Part shown: piece by piece, positions 1-8,284 of the stretch
Numbering within the stretch: the stretch's first letter is position 1
How the letters are laid out: every line of letters starts with the position of its first letter
From: a virus
Taxonomy: Duplodnaviria; Caudoviricetes
IMG/VR virus record: IMGVR_UViG_3300017540_000011
Span: 1 to 38,399 of that record
Length of the DNA stretch: 38,399 bases
Strand: one strand, 5' to 3'
The notes under the pieces: model-generated
What the model saw: only the letters and a program-made list of their open reading frames with translations
Databases searched by the model: none
What the model was told of the DNA's origin: nothing
Made by a program: the position numbers and the translations under genes

Positions 1-222
1 AGCCCCCCAGGGCTGCTGTAAGCATGGTCAGAGATGCCAGGCGCAGAGCGGTACGACGTCGCATCGGTCCCCCCGTGGCGTCGAGCCTAGCGACGGACGA
101 TGAGCCGGCGGTGACGGTGACCGCGCGGCCGACGGCCCGTGACGTTCAGTTCAGCGTCACCGAAGGATCCGCCAGGTAAGGGAACGGTCGCTGCGAAGCG
201 GGCCGGCCCTGGCCAACACGTT

Positions 223-248
223 GACGGCGCCCCTCGCGGAGCGCCGTC
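223..248 (-). terminator. Host post-tRNA GNRA hairpin (terminator or processing stem)
   Basis: Minus-strand RNA GACGGCGCUCC-GCGA-GGGGCGCCGUC; no strong U tract. Confidence 0.55.
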
Positions 249-264
249 CCTCACGCCTCTTGTC

Positions 265-310
<46 letters not shown>

Positions 311-337
311 GAAGAAGCAGAGCCGGACACCCGAGGT

Positions 338-1657
338 TCAGTTGGAGCTGCGGCGCGATGCGCGCGACATGCCCGGCGCGGCGTCTGGAGCGCGTGAGGC
401 CAGGTCAGGCGCTCCGTTGACGGGCGTTTCGGGGCCGTCTGCCCCCGGCCTGCCCCGGCTCGCCTCCTGCAGCAGCCGGCCGAACTGGTCGGCCACGGCA
501 CGGTGCGCGGACCCCGAGCCCTGCAGGTAGACCTTCGCGGTGAAGCGCGGGTCGGTGTGCCCCAGGCGCTCGGCGAGCGCGTGCAGGTTCACGCCGGCGT
601 CCGCCAGGAGCGACCCGTGCGTGCTGCGCGTGGCGTAGAGGCGGATGCGGGTCACCTTCGCCTGCTCCTGGACAGCGTCGAAGCCGGCGCGGAGCGTCTT
701 CCGGTCGAGGATGCTGCCGACGCTCGTGCAGAACACGAGGTCGAGGCCGGCCCAGGGGAGGGGTGCCTTGCCCTTCGCGGCGCGCTTCTCGTTGAGGGCC
801 AGGCGCGTGCGCTTCAGCTCGTCGACGTGCTCCGCCTGGCGCCTGAGCGCTGCCGTGGTGAACTCGTCGATCGCCACGACCCGCGCGGCGGCGTCAGTCT
901 TGCCGCCGTCGCGCAGCTCCTTCGCGCCGCCGGGCGGAGCGACCCGCCGCACGGTCAGGAGGCGCTGCTCGAGGTCGACGTCCGCCCAGGTGAGGCCGAG
1001 CAGCTCCTCGGTCCTCAGGCCGGTGCCGAGCGCCACCAACGCGTACCGGGCGGCCTGGTCGTCACGTTCGAGGCAGGCGCGCACGACCCGCGCGATCTCC
1101 TCCTCGCTCCAGCGCTGCAGCGTCGGCTCCGGCGCGGCCGGCACCTTCACGTCGGCGACTGGGTTCCGGTCGATGATCCGCGAGCGTTGCGCCTCGAGCA
1201 TGAGGATCGAGAGGTACTGCCGGACGCGCTTCGCGAGCGTCAGGCTGTACCCGCCGTCGATCAGGTCGCGCAGGAGCTTCTTGACGTCGCCCGGGGAGAG
1301 GTCCCGTACGCGGACGTGCCCGACTTTGGCGAGGACGTGCTTCCTGAGGATGTAGCTGTATGAGTTGCGGGTGTTGGGCGCCCAGCCGGCGAGCTTCTCG
1401 CCGTTGGCGATCCACTCGTCGTAGAGCTCCTTGATGGTGGCCTTGCTGTCGAGTCGTACGCCGCTCTTGAGGGCGGCCTGCTGCTCGGCGATCCACTCCA
1501 TCGCCTCGGTCTTGGTGTCGAAGCTCTTGCGGACTCGGCGTGGGTTCCCGGCGGGCGTGTATCCGACGACGACCGCGGCCTGGTAGCGGCCGGTGTCGCT
1601 GCGCTCCCATATGCTGCCCTCGCCGGGCGAGCGGCGAGACTTACGCCTACGAGCCAC
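338..1657 (-). CDS. int: Tyrosine recombinase / phage integrase
   Basis: N-terminal GEGSI arm-binding motif; TGLRTEELLGLTW (Arg); GGKT (Lys); YATR in place of HxxR; LGH; TAKVY (Tyr); adjacent to att. Confidence 0.96.
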   Translation of the reverse strand: MARRRKSRRSPGEGSIWERSDTGRYQAAVVVGYTPAGNPRRVRKSFDTKTEAMEWIAEQQAALKSGVRLDSKATIKELYDEWIANGEKLAGWAPNTRNSYSYILRKHVLAKVGHVRVRDLSPGDVKKLLRDLIDGGYSLTLAKRVRQYLSILMLEAQRSRIIDRNPVADVKVPAAPEPTLQRWSEEEIARVVRACLERDDQAARYALVALGTGLRTEELLGLTWADVDLEQRLLTVRRVAPPGGAKELRDGGKTDAAARVVAIDEFTTAALRRQAEHVDELKRTRLALNEKRAAKGKAPLPWAGLDLVFCTSVGSILDRKTLRAGFDAVQEQAKVTRIRLYATRSTHGSLLADAGVNLHALAERLGHTDPRFTAKVYLQGSGSAHRAVADQFGRLLQEASRGRPGADGPETPVNGAPDLASRAPDAAPGMSRASRRSSN

Positions 1658-1663
1658 CCGGCG

Positions 1664-2551
1664 CTACTCCGGTCCAGCGATCGGGAAGTACAGCGCCAGG
1701 GGGAGCGCCTTTACTGAGTCCCCTATGAAGGAGTCGATCAGTGACTGGAACGACATCATCTTCGCCATCCCGGCAAGCGCAACGGGCTCGTCTGTCGCTG
1801 GATTGATGTAGGCGATAAGCGTCCCGTTTACAGGCTCATCGCGGAGGTACGTGATCAGCATCTGTTCGATGGTGATGGTCAAGTGCTGGTTTGCCAGCGG
1901 CGCGACGAGCGGCTGGCCCAAGGGGCTCATGTGGGCGTGAAAGCCGCTCAGGCCGATGGCTGACACGAACGTCTTCATTGCCTTAGCCGAGTCCTTGGAT
2001 AGGGAGTTGGTCGGCGGCGGTTGTTTCTTGGGGGACTTGTCGAGCTCGCGAGCAAGCGCGCCCAGCTGGCCCCAATTCCCGAGGAAGTGCGAGATGAGCG
2101 TCCAGTCGAAGAACCGGATCGGGCCCGTCACCTCGAACAGTCCCGGAGCTGGGCTGTTCGGGTCGAACTCCTGCAGCCACCCACGCTGCCTTAGGTCGCT
2201 CAGCAGCGCGAGAAGTACGTTGTCTCGAGCTTCGAGGGTCGTGTGCTGCTCCGACCCCTCCTGGGTTCCGTACTCGCGCCGGGGGCCTTGGCGCCGTTCA
2301 GTTGTGGTGCGCGACTCCGCATGCTCGCCGGCCAGCGCCACCGGAATCGAAAGCCCTGCCTTGCCGGTCGTCGTTCTTGTTGTGCCAGACTCGCTGTCGA
2401 CCTGAGGGCCGGCATCGCGCGTCTCCTTGACTATCCAGTCGCGAAGTTGCCGTTCCCGCGGAAGGCCCGCGTAGAGCTGGGAGGCGTACGAGGAGAGCCT
2501 TGGCCTGTCGAGGTAGAGGATGTCGACTGGCTGCTCACCGTCGGCGCCAAT
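1664..2551 (-). CDS. Accessory hypothetical protein (DUF6414-like N-terminus); start uncertain
   Basis: DILYLDRPRLSSYASQL motif near the start; codon usage less GC-biased than core genes. Start taken as ATT at 2551 behind GGGGGG; the track start (TTG 2686) overlaps the upstream gene. Confidence 0.7.
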   Translation of the reverse strand: MGADGEQPVDILYLDRPRLSSYASQLYAGLPRERQLRDWIVKETRDAGPQVDSESGTTRTTTGKAGLSIPVALAGEHAESRTTTERRQGPRREYGTQEGSEQHTTLEARDNVLLALLSDLRQRGWLQEFDPNSPAPGLFEVTGPIRFFDWTLISHFLGNWGQLGALARELDKSPKKQPPPTNSLSKDSAKAMKTFVSAIGLSGFHAHMSPLGQPLVAPLANQHLTITIEQMLITYLRDEPVNGTLIAYINPATDEPVALAGMAKMMSFQSLIDSFIGDSVKALPLALYFPIAGPE

Positions 2552-2747
2552 GGCTGTCCCCCCGACTTGCTCTGAACCGCTCAAGGTCGCGCCTCGCCTC
2601 GGCCTCGCGAGCCTCGAATGCGCCGTCCTGTTGCCGTTGCCACTCCTGAAGCTCCGCGCGTGCCTGCTCCGGGAAGGCCCGGGCAATGCTCTCGGCGAGG
2701 GCTACGGTCGCTTGAGCAACCTTCTTGACGGCGTCGTTCTCGTTCAT
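2535..2747 (-). CDS. Small helical hypothetical protein (70 aa)
   Basis: ATG preceded by GGATGA; charged amphipathic helix; stop overlaps the start of the next gene. Confidence 0.6.
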   Translation of the reverse strand: MNENDAVKKVAQATVALAESIARAFPEQARAELQEWQRQQDGAFEAREAEARRDLERFRASRGDSHWRRR

Positions 2748-2817
2748 GTGGCATCATCCTAGTCCATCCCCCTTCGGCGGGCGCGTACGAGAGCCGACCT
2801 ATGTTGCCGGTCTCCAT

Positions 2818-2850
2818 GGGCGAGCGGCGCGACTTGCGCTTGCGGGCCAT
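2818..2850 (-). pseudogene. Orphaned duplicate of the integrase first 11 codons
   Basis: MARKRKSRRSP versus integrase MARRRKSRRSP (1625..1657); strong GGAGG SD; lies directly after the repressor stop. Confidence 0.75.
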
Positions 2851-2868
2851 CGCAACCTCCGCCTGAGG

Positions 2869-3558
2869 TCAGTCTGTCAGGAGGCGCCGGACGACCTTGC
2901 CGATCACGCGCGAGCCCATCGGGGCCGTGAAGAACCGTTCAGCAGGGTCGTCAGGGTTAAGGGACTCGAGCAGCAGCGCGCCGTTCGGGTGCTCGGCGAC
3001 GAAGCGCTTCACGACGCACCCATCGTCAGCGAGCCAGACGGCGCACATGTCACCGGGAGCGACCGCCCCGTCGTCGCATAGGACGATCGCGATGTCGCCC
3101 TTGTGCAGATAGGGCGCCATGCTGTCCCCGGTCGCCTTGAGGCCGATGTGCTGACCTTTGATGCCAGGCAAGAAGAACTGCTCGAGCACTTCCGTGTCCC
3201 CCCACGCCGGCCCCGTACCGGCGGCGTAAACGTTGATCGTCGTCCCCCCGCTGACGACCGTGAGGCCCTCGGTTCTGCGTGGCTGGAGCAGCTCGGTGAC
3301 CTCTTCGAAAAGTTGCCGGGTGAACTCTACTGCTTCAGTCCGCGTGAACCCGTACGCTTCGAAGAACGAGATGGCGAACTGCGCGCCTCGCTGCCGCAGC
3401 TTTCCGGGGTCGCGCTCGTAGGTGCTCACCGTCGCCTGCTTCATGGGCGGGTTGAGGCGCCGGCCAATCTCCTCTTGCGTGAGGCCCCGGTCCTCGCGCT
3501 TCTCGCGGAGCTTCTGAGACAGGCTCAGGCTGGGGTCGTTCGCCAGTAGGTCGCGCAT
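2869..3558 (-). CDS. cI: CI/LexA-like repressor (XRE HTH + S24 peptidase); start may be 3558, 3597 or 3621
   Basis: LREKREDRGLTQEEIG...QATVSTYE HTH; AG cleavage site (YAAG); GDSM Ser and VVKR Lys dyad; divergent from the early operon. Confidence 0.92.
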   Translation of the reverse strand: MRDLLANDPSLSLSQKLREKREDRGLTQEEIGRRLNPPMKQATVSTYERDPGKLRQRGAQFAISFFEAYGFTRTEAVEFTRQLFEEVTELLQPRRTEGLTVVSGGTTINVYAAGTGPAWGDTEVLEQFFLPGIKGQHIGLKATGDSMAPYLHKGDIAIVLCDDGAVAPGDMCAVWLADDGCVVKRFVAEHPNGALLLESLNPDDPAERFFTAPMGSRVIGKVVRRLLTD

Positions 3559-3569
3559 CCACGCGAAAT

Positions 3570-3588
3570 CTACTACCGGCGTTAGTGG
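3570..3588. promoter_or_regulatory. Putative repressor operator 1
   Basis: CTACTA-CCGGCGT-TAGTGG palindrome. Confidence 0.7.
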
Positions 3589-3591
3589 CGC

Positions 3592-3621
3592 TTGCATTAT
3601 CACTGCGCCTAGTAGTAGCAT
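3592..3621 (+). promoter_or_regulatory. Putative early lytic promoter
   Basis: TTGCAT-18 nt-TAGCAT, overlapped by operator 2. Confidence 0.55.
3600..3618. promoter_or_regulatory. Putative repressor operator 2
   Basis: TCACTG-CGCCTAG-TAGTAG, a degenerate copy lying in the promoter spacer. Confidence 0.6.
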
Positions 3622-3685
3622 GATGTACCCCGGTCAGGCAAGGAGCAGGGTCAGGCCCGCGCCGACCGAATCGAAGGAGGCCCAA

Positions 3686-3907
3686 GTGGATAGAAGCAGG
3701 GAAACAGCTACTACGCTCGATAGTAGTAAGCTCTCCTCGTCCATGCCGGAGACACCCACAGACCTTGAGCGTGAACGGCTCCAGGTCCTCATCGACCCGG
3801 ACCTCAAGACGGAGCTTCGCGTCGAAGCCGCCAAGCGCGGACAAACGATGGCAGAGGTCCTCGACGGCATCATCCGCGCGTGGCTGGCAGAGGGGCGCCG
3901 CGTATGA
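3686..3907 (+). CDS. Ribbon-helix-helix (ParG/Arc-like) DNA-binding protein in the Cro position
   Basis: RLQVLIDPDLKTELRVEAAKRGQTMAEVLDGIIRAWL; AAGGAGG SD before GTG 3686; alternative ATG at 3743. Confidence 0.8.
   Translation: MDRSRETATTLDSSKLSSSMPETPTDLERERLQVLIDPDLKTELRVEAAKRGQTMAEVLDGIIRAWLAEGRRV
3708..3726. promoter_or_regulatory. Putative repressor operator 3
   Basis: Perfect CTACTA-CGCTCGA-TAGTAG. Confidence 0.75.
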
Positions 3908-4287
3908 GCCTCGACGACGCGCTGCGCCGCGTGATCGCCGAGGCGGTCGCCGCTGGGCTCGAGCAGCCGCTCGCGGAGCTCCGCGACGCGCTCGAGACCA
4001 CGGCCCGAATCGCCAAGGCCACCAACTCTGTCCAGGCGGACCCCGAGCTGCAGCGCCTCTCCCAGCTCGACTACCTCGACGCGGAGGAGGCCGGGAAGCT
4101 CCTGAGGATCGGCCGGCACCAGGTCTACCGGCTCGTCAACGCGGGCCTGTTGCGGTGCACGCGCTTCGGCAAGCGGCAGATCTTCAGCCGCGCCGAGCTG
4201 GACCGGTTCATGGCCCAGCACGAGCACCACACCCCCGAACCGATGACCCCCGCGGTGCGGCGCCGCCTGGCGTCCGCCGCGAACTGA
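3904..4287 (+). CDS. Excisionase-family (HTH_17) DNA-binding protein
   Basis: YLDAEEAGKLLRIGRHQVYRLVNAGLL...FSRAELDRF; ATGA overlap with the upstream stop. Confidence 0.85.
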   Translation: MSLDDALRRVIAEAVAAGLEQPLAELRDALETTARIAKATNSVQADPELQRLSQLDYLDAEEAGKLLRIGRHQVYRLVNAGLLRCTRFGKRQIFSRAELDRFMAQHEHHTPEPMTPAVRRRLASAAN

Positions 4288-4364
4288 GGCCAAGAGGAAG
4301 GCCGCCGGAGAGCGGCGGCCCAGGTTCCCGCCCCGGCTGCAGACCGGGAGACAAGGAGATCCGC

Positions 4365-4832
4365 ATGAAGGATACCAGGCACGACCCAGAGCAGAGGAGG
4401 CGGGAGGTGGAGCGCGTCGCCGGCGTCGCCGGCGTGAACGCCCGACTCGCGCACCTGCACCGGCAGGCGGCGGCGCTCGAGCAGGACGCCCTGTTCTGGA
4501 GCGACCGCGGGAACGCCGCGTTCGCGATCGGCTGCGCCGCCGAAGCCGCCGCCATGCGCGCCGAAGCCAGGCGCCTGGCGGACGCCAAGTTCACCCAGCG
4601 CGCATGGCCGCGCACCGTCACGTTCGAGCGTGAGCCGGCCCGCGTCGCGCGCGCTTCGCGGCGCCTCACCGAGCACGCGGAGCGCCTCATGACCAAGAAC
4701 GGCCGCACGCGCTTCGCGGAGGCCTTCCACGCCGCCGCCGGCCGCGCCCTGGACGACCTGCTGGCGATCGGCCGCCGCAAGACGGACCGCGCCGCCGGCA
4801 GCATGACCAACCGCGGAGCGAGGATCCTGTGA
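4365..4832 (+). CDS. Hypothetical phage protein
   Basis: AAGGAG SD before ATG 4365; high-GC3 codon usage. Confidence 0.75.
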   Translation: MKDTRHDPEQRRREVERVAGVAGVNARLAHLHRQAAALEQDALFWSDRGNAAFAIGCAAEAAAMRAEARRLADAKFTQRAWPRTVTFEREPARVARASRRLTEHAERLMTKNGRTRFAEAFHAAAGRALDDLLAIGRRKTDRAAGSMTNRGARIL

Positions 4833-4936
4833 CCGCCGCCGAGTGGGTCGCGGTCCTCGTGGTCGCTGCCTTCGTCTCACCGTTCATAGCCGAGTGGTAC
4901 GACCGCCGGGCCCGGAAGCATGGGTGGCCGCGGTGA
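4829..4936 (+). CDS. Small membrane peptide (35 aa)
   Basis: MTAAEWVAVLVVAAFVSPFIAEWYDRRARKHGWPR; GTGA-coupled at both ends. Confidence 0.6.
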   Translation: MTAAEWVAVLVVAAFVSPFIAEWYDRRARKHGWPR

Positions 4937-5034
4937 TCGTCCTCCAGCTCGCGGCCCTGTTCGCGTTCGTCTCCCTCGCCGGCAGCGGCATCGTCCGCCT
5001 CGCCGACTGGCTCGAAGCGAGAGGCGGCCGGTGA
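4933..5034 (+). CDS. Small membrane peptide (33 aa)
   Basis: MIVLQLAALFAFVSLAGSGIVRLADWLEARGGR; GTGA-coupled. Confidence 0.6.
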   Translation: MIVLQLAALFAFVSLAGSGIVRLADWLEARGGR

Positions 5035-5330
5035 TGCGCCGCCAAGTCGACAGCAGCGCCTGGGCAACGGCTCCATTAGCCGGCGAGGCTCCCGCCCCCG
5101 GTGAGGACTGGACCGAGGTCCTCGCCGGGTGCCCGGCAGAGGGGGAGGTAGTGCAGCTGTGGGTCGACGGCGAGCCGCCGACCTCCGGCCAGCTCTCCGG
5201 CAACGACTGGCTCCTCCGCGACGGGCGACGCGTGCCCGTCGCCATGGGCGACCTCTGGCGCCGCCTGCCCGTCCTGCGCAGGTGGCGGAAGCCCGCGCGC
5301 GGCTGCGTAGTCACGGAGGCGGCGGCATGA
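5034..5330 (+). CDS. Hypothetical phage protein
   Basis: TGATG coupling and GAGG SD; fills the gap before the ATPase. Confidence 0.6.
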   Translation: MRRQVDSSAWATAPLAGEAPAPGEDWTEVLAGCPAEGEVVQLWVDGEPPTSGQLSGNDWLLRDGRRVPVAMGDLWRRLPVLRRWRKPARGCVVTEAAA

Positions 5331-7321
5331 GGACCGTCAAGCTTCACAGGCTCGAGCTAGAGCACTTCATGGGGGTCTCCAGCTTCGTCCTGGAGCTGCG
5401 CGGCGCCGACGCCAGCGTGCGCGGCACCAACGGCGTGGGGAAGACCACCCTCGCCACCGCCTTCTCCTGGCTTGTCACGGGCAAGGACTCGCGCGGCAGC
5501 GCCGACTTCGAGGTCAAGACCCTAACCTCCGCGGGCGAGGCTCTGCACAACCTCGAGCACGCCGTCACGGCCGTGCTGGAGGTGGACGGCGAGCTCGTCA
5601 CCCTCCGCCGTGCGCTGGTCGAGGTCTGGACGAAGAAGCGCGGTTCCACACGCGAGGAGTTCACCGGGCACGAGACCCGGTTCTGGATCGACGGTGTCCC
5701 GTGCGGCACCAAGCGCGAGTTCGAGGAGCGCGTCGACCAGCTCGTGCCGTTGGCTGCGTGGCGGGAGCTGACCAACCCCGACGCCTGGCACTCGCAGCAC
5801 TGGCAGAAGCGTCGCCAGGACCTCCTCAGCATCTGCGGAGACGTGTCGGACGCAGACGTGATCGCCGCCCGTCCCGACCTTGCCGATCTACCCGAGGTCC
5901 TGGGCAAGCGCACACCCGACGAGCACAAGCGCGTGGTCGAGGCCCGTAGGCGCGAGATCAACGCTGAGCTCAAGGCCTTGCCCGCCCGCATAGACGAGGT
6001 CCAGCGCCAACTCGACCAGCTACCCGTCGAGGACGAGGCCGAGCTCGACCGCCTCGTGACGGTCGCCCGCGAGGCCCGGTCGCAGGCCGCGGCCGAAGTC
6101 GCCCAGCTGCGGGCGGGCGGCGGTGACGCCGCAGCCGAGCGCAGGCGCCTTGCCAAAGTCGAGGCCGCACTCACCGACCTCGACCTCAAGGGCCAACGCG
6201 AACACCAGCGCAGGCTGGCGGAAGCGGAGCACGCCCGCGACGCCTGCCGGCGCGAACTCGATGAAGCCGAGCACCGCCGCGACCGACTCCTCGCCCAGGC
6301 TGACGACCTCGACGCCGAAGCGACGGCACTCGAGCCCAAGGTGCAGCTGCTAAGGGACGAGTATGCGCGAATCCGCGCGCGAGAGTTCGACGGCGCGCAT
6401 GTCGAGGACTCTTGCCCGGCCTGCGGGCAGGCGTTGCCGCCGGACCGTGTCGCGGCCGCGCACGCCAAGGCCGTGGAGGAGTTCAACGCCCGCAAGGCCC
6501 GCGAGCTCGAGGAGAACGTCGAAGCCGGCAAGAAGCTGGCCGAGCGCGTGCGAGCTCTCAAGGCCGAGGCGCAGTTGGCTAGGACCAAGGCAGACGCCCA
6601 GGTCCAGGGCGTCGCCCAGCTGCAAGGCAAGCTCAAGAACCTCGAGGAGAGGGTCGACGCGGCCCGCGCCGCGCCGGTGAGGGACTCTGTATCGACGCCC
6701 GAGTACGGGCGCCTGGTCGCTGAGCGTGACGACCTGCGTGAGCGCATCACCGCCGCCACCACCGGCGACCCCGCGGCGCAGGCCGCCGCCGAGGAGCGCC
6801 TGGCACAGGCCGAGGCGGCCGTGCGCGACCTCGAACGCAAGGCCGCACTCGCCAGTGAACGCTCCCGCGCGCAGGCCCGCCGGGACGAGCTCATGGCCCG
6901 GGAGAAGGATCTTGCCGGCGAGTACGAGAGCCTCGAGCGCCAACTGCACTTGCTCGAGGAATTCGTGCGGGCGAAGAGCTCTCTGCTGACGGACCGGATC
7001 AACGCCCGGTTCCGGATCACGGACTTCCGCCTGTTCGAGGAGCAGATCAACGGCGGCCTCGCCGACGCATGCGTGGCCATGGTGCGCGGTGTCCCCTACG
7101 ACGCCGGCCTGAACAGGGCCGCGCGCATCAATAGCGGCCTCGACGTGGTCGACGTCCTCCAGGAGCACCACGGCGTGCGCGTGCCCGTCTTCGTAGACGA
7201 GTGCGAGAGCGTCGTCGAGCTGCTGCCGATCAACACCCAGGTCGTCCGCCTCGTCGTCGACGAGGCCTACCCCGAGCTCACCGTCGAGCTCGCCAAGGAA
7301 GAGGAGCTGGTTACTGCATGA
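5327..7321 (+). CDS. SMC/Rad50-like AAA ATPase (phage recombination module)
   Basis: Walker A GTNGVGKTT; long coiled coil with central CPACG zinc hook; LNRA signature; Walker B VFVDECES. Confidence 0.9.
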   Translation: MRTVKLHRLELEHFMGVSSFVLELRGADASVRGTNGVGKTTLATAFSWLVTGKDSRGSADFEVKTLTSAGEALHNLEHAVTAVLEVDGELVTLRRALVEVWTKKRGSTREEFTGHETRFWIDGVPCGTKREFEERVDQLVPLAAWRELTNPDAWHSQHWQKRRQDLLSICGDVSDADVIAARPDLADLPEVLGKRTPDEHKRVVEARRREINAELKALPARIDEVQRQLDQLPVEDEAELDRLVTVAREARSQAAAEVAQLRAGGGDAAAERRRLAKVEAALTDLDLKGQREHQRRLAEAEHARDACRRELDEAEHRRDRLLAQADDLDAEATALEPKVQLLRDEYARIRAREFDGAHVEDSCPACGQALPPDRVAAAHAKAVEEFNARKARELEENVEAGKKLAERVRALKAEAQLARTKADAQVQGVAQLQGKLKNLEERVDAARAAPVRDSVSTPEYGRLVAERDDLRERITAATTGDPAAQAAAEERLAQAEAAVRDLERKAALASERSRAQARRDELMAREKDLAGEYESLERQLHLLEEFVRAKSSLLTDRINARFRITDFRLFEEQINGGLADACVAMVRGVPYDAGLNRAARINSGLDVVDVLQEHHGVRVPVFVDECESVVELLPINTQVVRLVVDEAYPELTVELAKEEELVTA

Positions 7322-8274
7322 CTAAGGTCCAGGAGAAGCCCAACACCGAGAAGCCCGCAGGGGTGAAGAAGGCCGAGCTCGCTCAGGCGAAGAACGAGAT
7401 CCTAGAGTCCACCGAGCGCCGCATCAGCGAGCTCGTCGACACCGGCATGCTGCACCTGCCGCCTAACTACTCGGCTGCGAACGCGCTCAGGGCGGCGTGG
7501 CTGATCCTCCAGGAGACCGTAGACAAGAACCGGCGGCCGGTGCTCGAGGCCTGCACCCGCTCCAGCATCGCCAACGCCCTTCTGAGCATGTGCATACAAG
7601 GCCTGGACCCGAACCGGAACCAGTGCTACTTCATCGCCCACGGCCCACAGTTGACCCTCCGCCGCAGCTACTTCGGCACCCTCGCCCTCGCCAAGCGCCT
7701 GGCCAAGGTGAAGGACGCGTACGCCGAAACCATCTACGAAGGCGACGAGTTCGAGTTCGAGACCGAGAGGGGGCGCAAGCGCATCGTCCGGCACAAGCAG
7801 TCCCTGCAGTCGATCGCGGCGGGGAAGCTGGTTGGTGCCTACTGCGTGGTCGAGTTCGAGGACGGTCGCGACGTCGCCGAGGTCATGCCCATGTCCGAGA
7901 TCCAGAAGGCGTGGGCCAAGGGCGGCGGCGACAACCCCGCGCGCAAGGAGTTCCCGGGCGAGATGGCGAAGCGCACGGTCATGAACCGCGCACTCAAGCG
8001 CCACATCAACTCCAGCGACGACAGCCACCTGGGCCTGGTGCTGACGCACGTGAACCGCACTGACGCCGAGGCCGCCGCGGAAGAGGTCGAAGCCGAGGCA
8101 CTGGAGGCCGCTAACAAGGAGACGCTCTCCCTGCCTGAGGACCGCACCATCGACGTCAACGGCTCCTCGGCTGACAGCCTCAGCGGTGCTGAGGCGGGCG
8201 AGGTCGCCGGCGGTGAACCCTCCGCCGCCGGTAGTGGCCAGCTCTTCGACGGCGCGGGCGACGCGCCCTACTGA
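7318..8274 (+). CDS. recT: RecT-family ssDNA annealing recombinase
   Basis: LPPNYS..NAL, CTRSSIANALLSMCIQGL, QCYFIA, RSYFG, EMAKRTVMNRALK; acidic tail. Confidence 0.9.
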   Translation: MTKVQEKPNTEKPAGVKKAELAQAKNEILESTERRISELVDTGMLHLPPNYSAANALRAAWLILQETVDKNRRPVLEACTRSSIANALLSMCIQGLDPNRNQCYFIAHGPQLTLRRSYFGTLALAKRLAKVKDAYAETIYEGDEFEFETERGRKRIVRHKQSLQSIAAGKLVGAYCVVEFEDGRDVAEVMPMSEIQKAWAKGGGDNPARKEFPGEMAKRTVMNRALKRHINSSDDSHLGLVLTHVNRTDAEAAAEEVEAEALEAANKETLSLPEDRTIDVNGSSADSLSGAEAGEVAGGEPSAAGSGQLFDGAGDAPY

Positions 8275-8284
8275 GGCGGCGACC

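Noticed and set aside
1-222. Host gene at the left flank
   Set aside because: Too short, with no recognisable ORF or motif.
620-650. Integrase inactive because HxxR reads YxxR
   Set aside because: Tyr at this position occurs in active tyrosine recombinases, and the other catalytic residues are present.
2581-2850. 89-aa ORF as a real protein
   Set aside because: Only the first 11 codons are meaningful (integrase duplicate); the rest overlaps the 70-aa gene out of frame.
4300-4320. GGCCGCCG/CGGCGGCC hairpin as a terminator
   Set aside because: No U tract, and such stems arise easily at this GC content.
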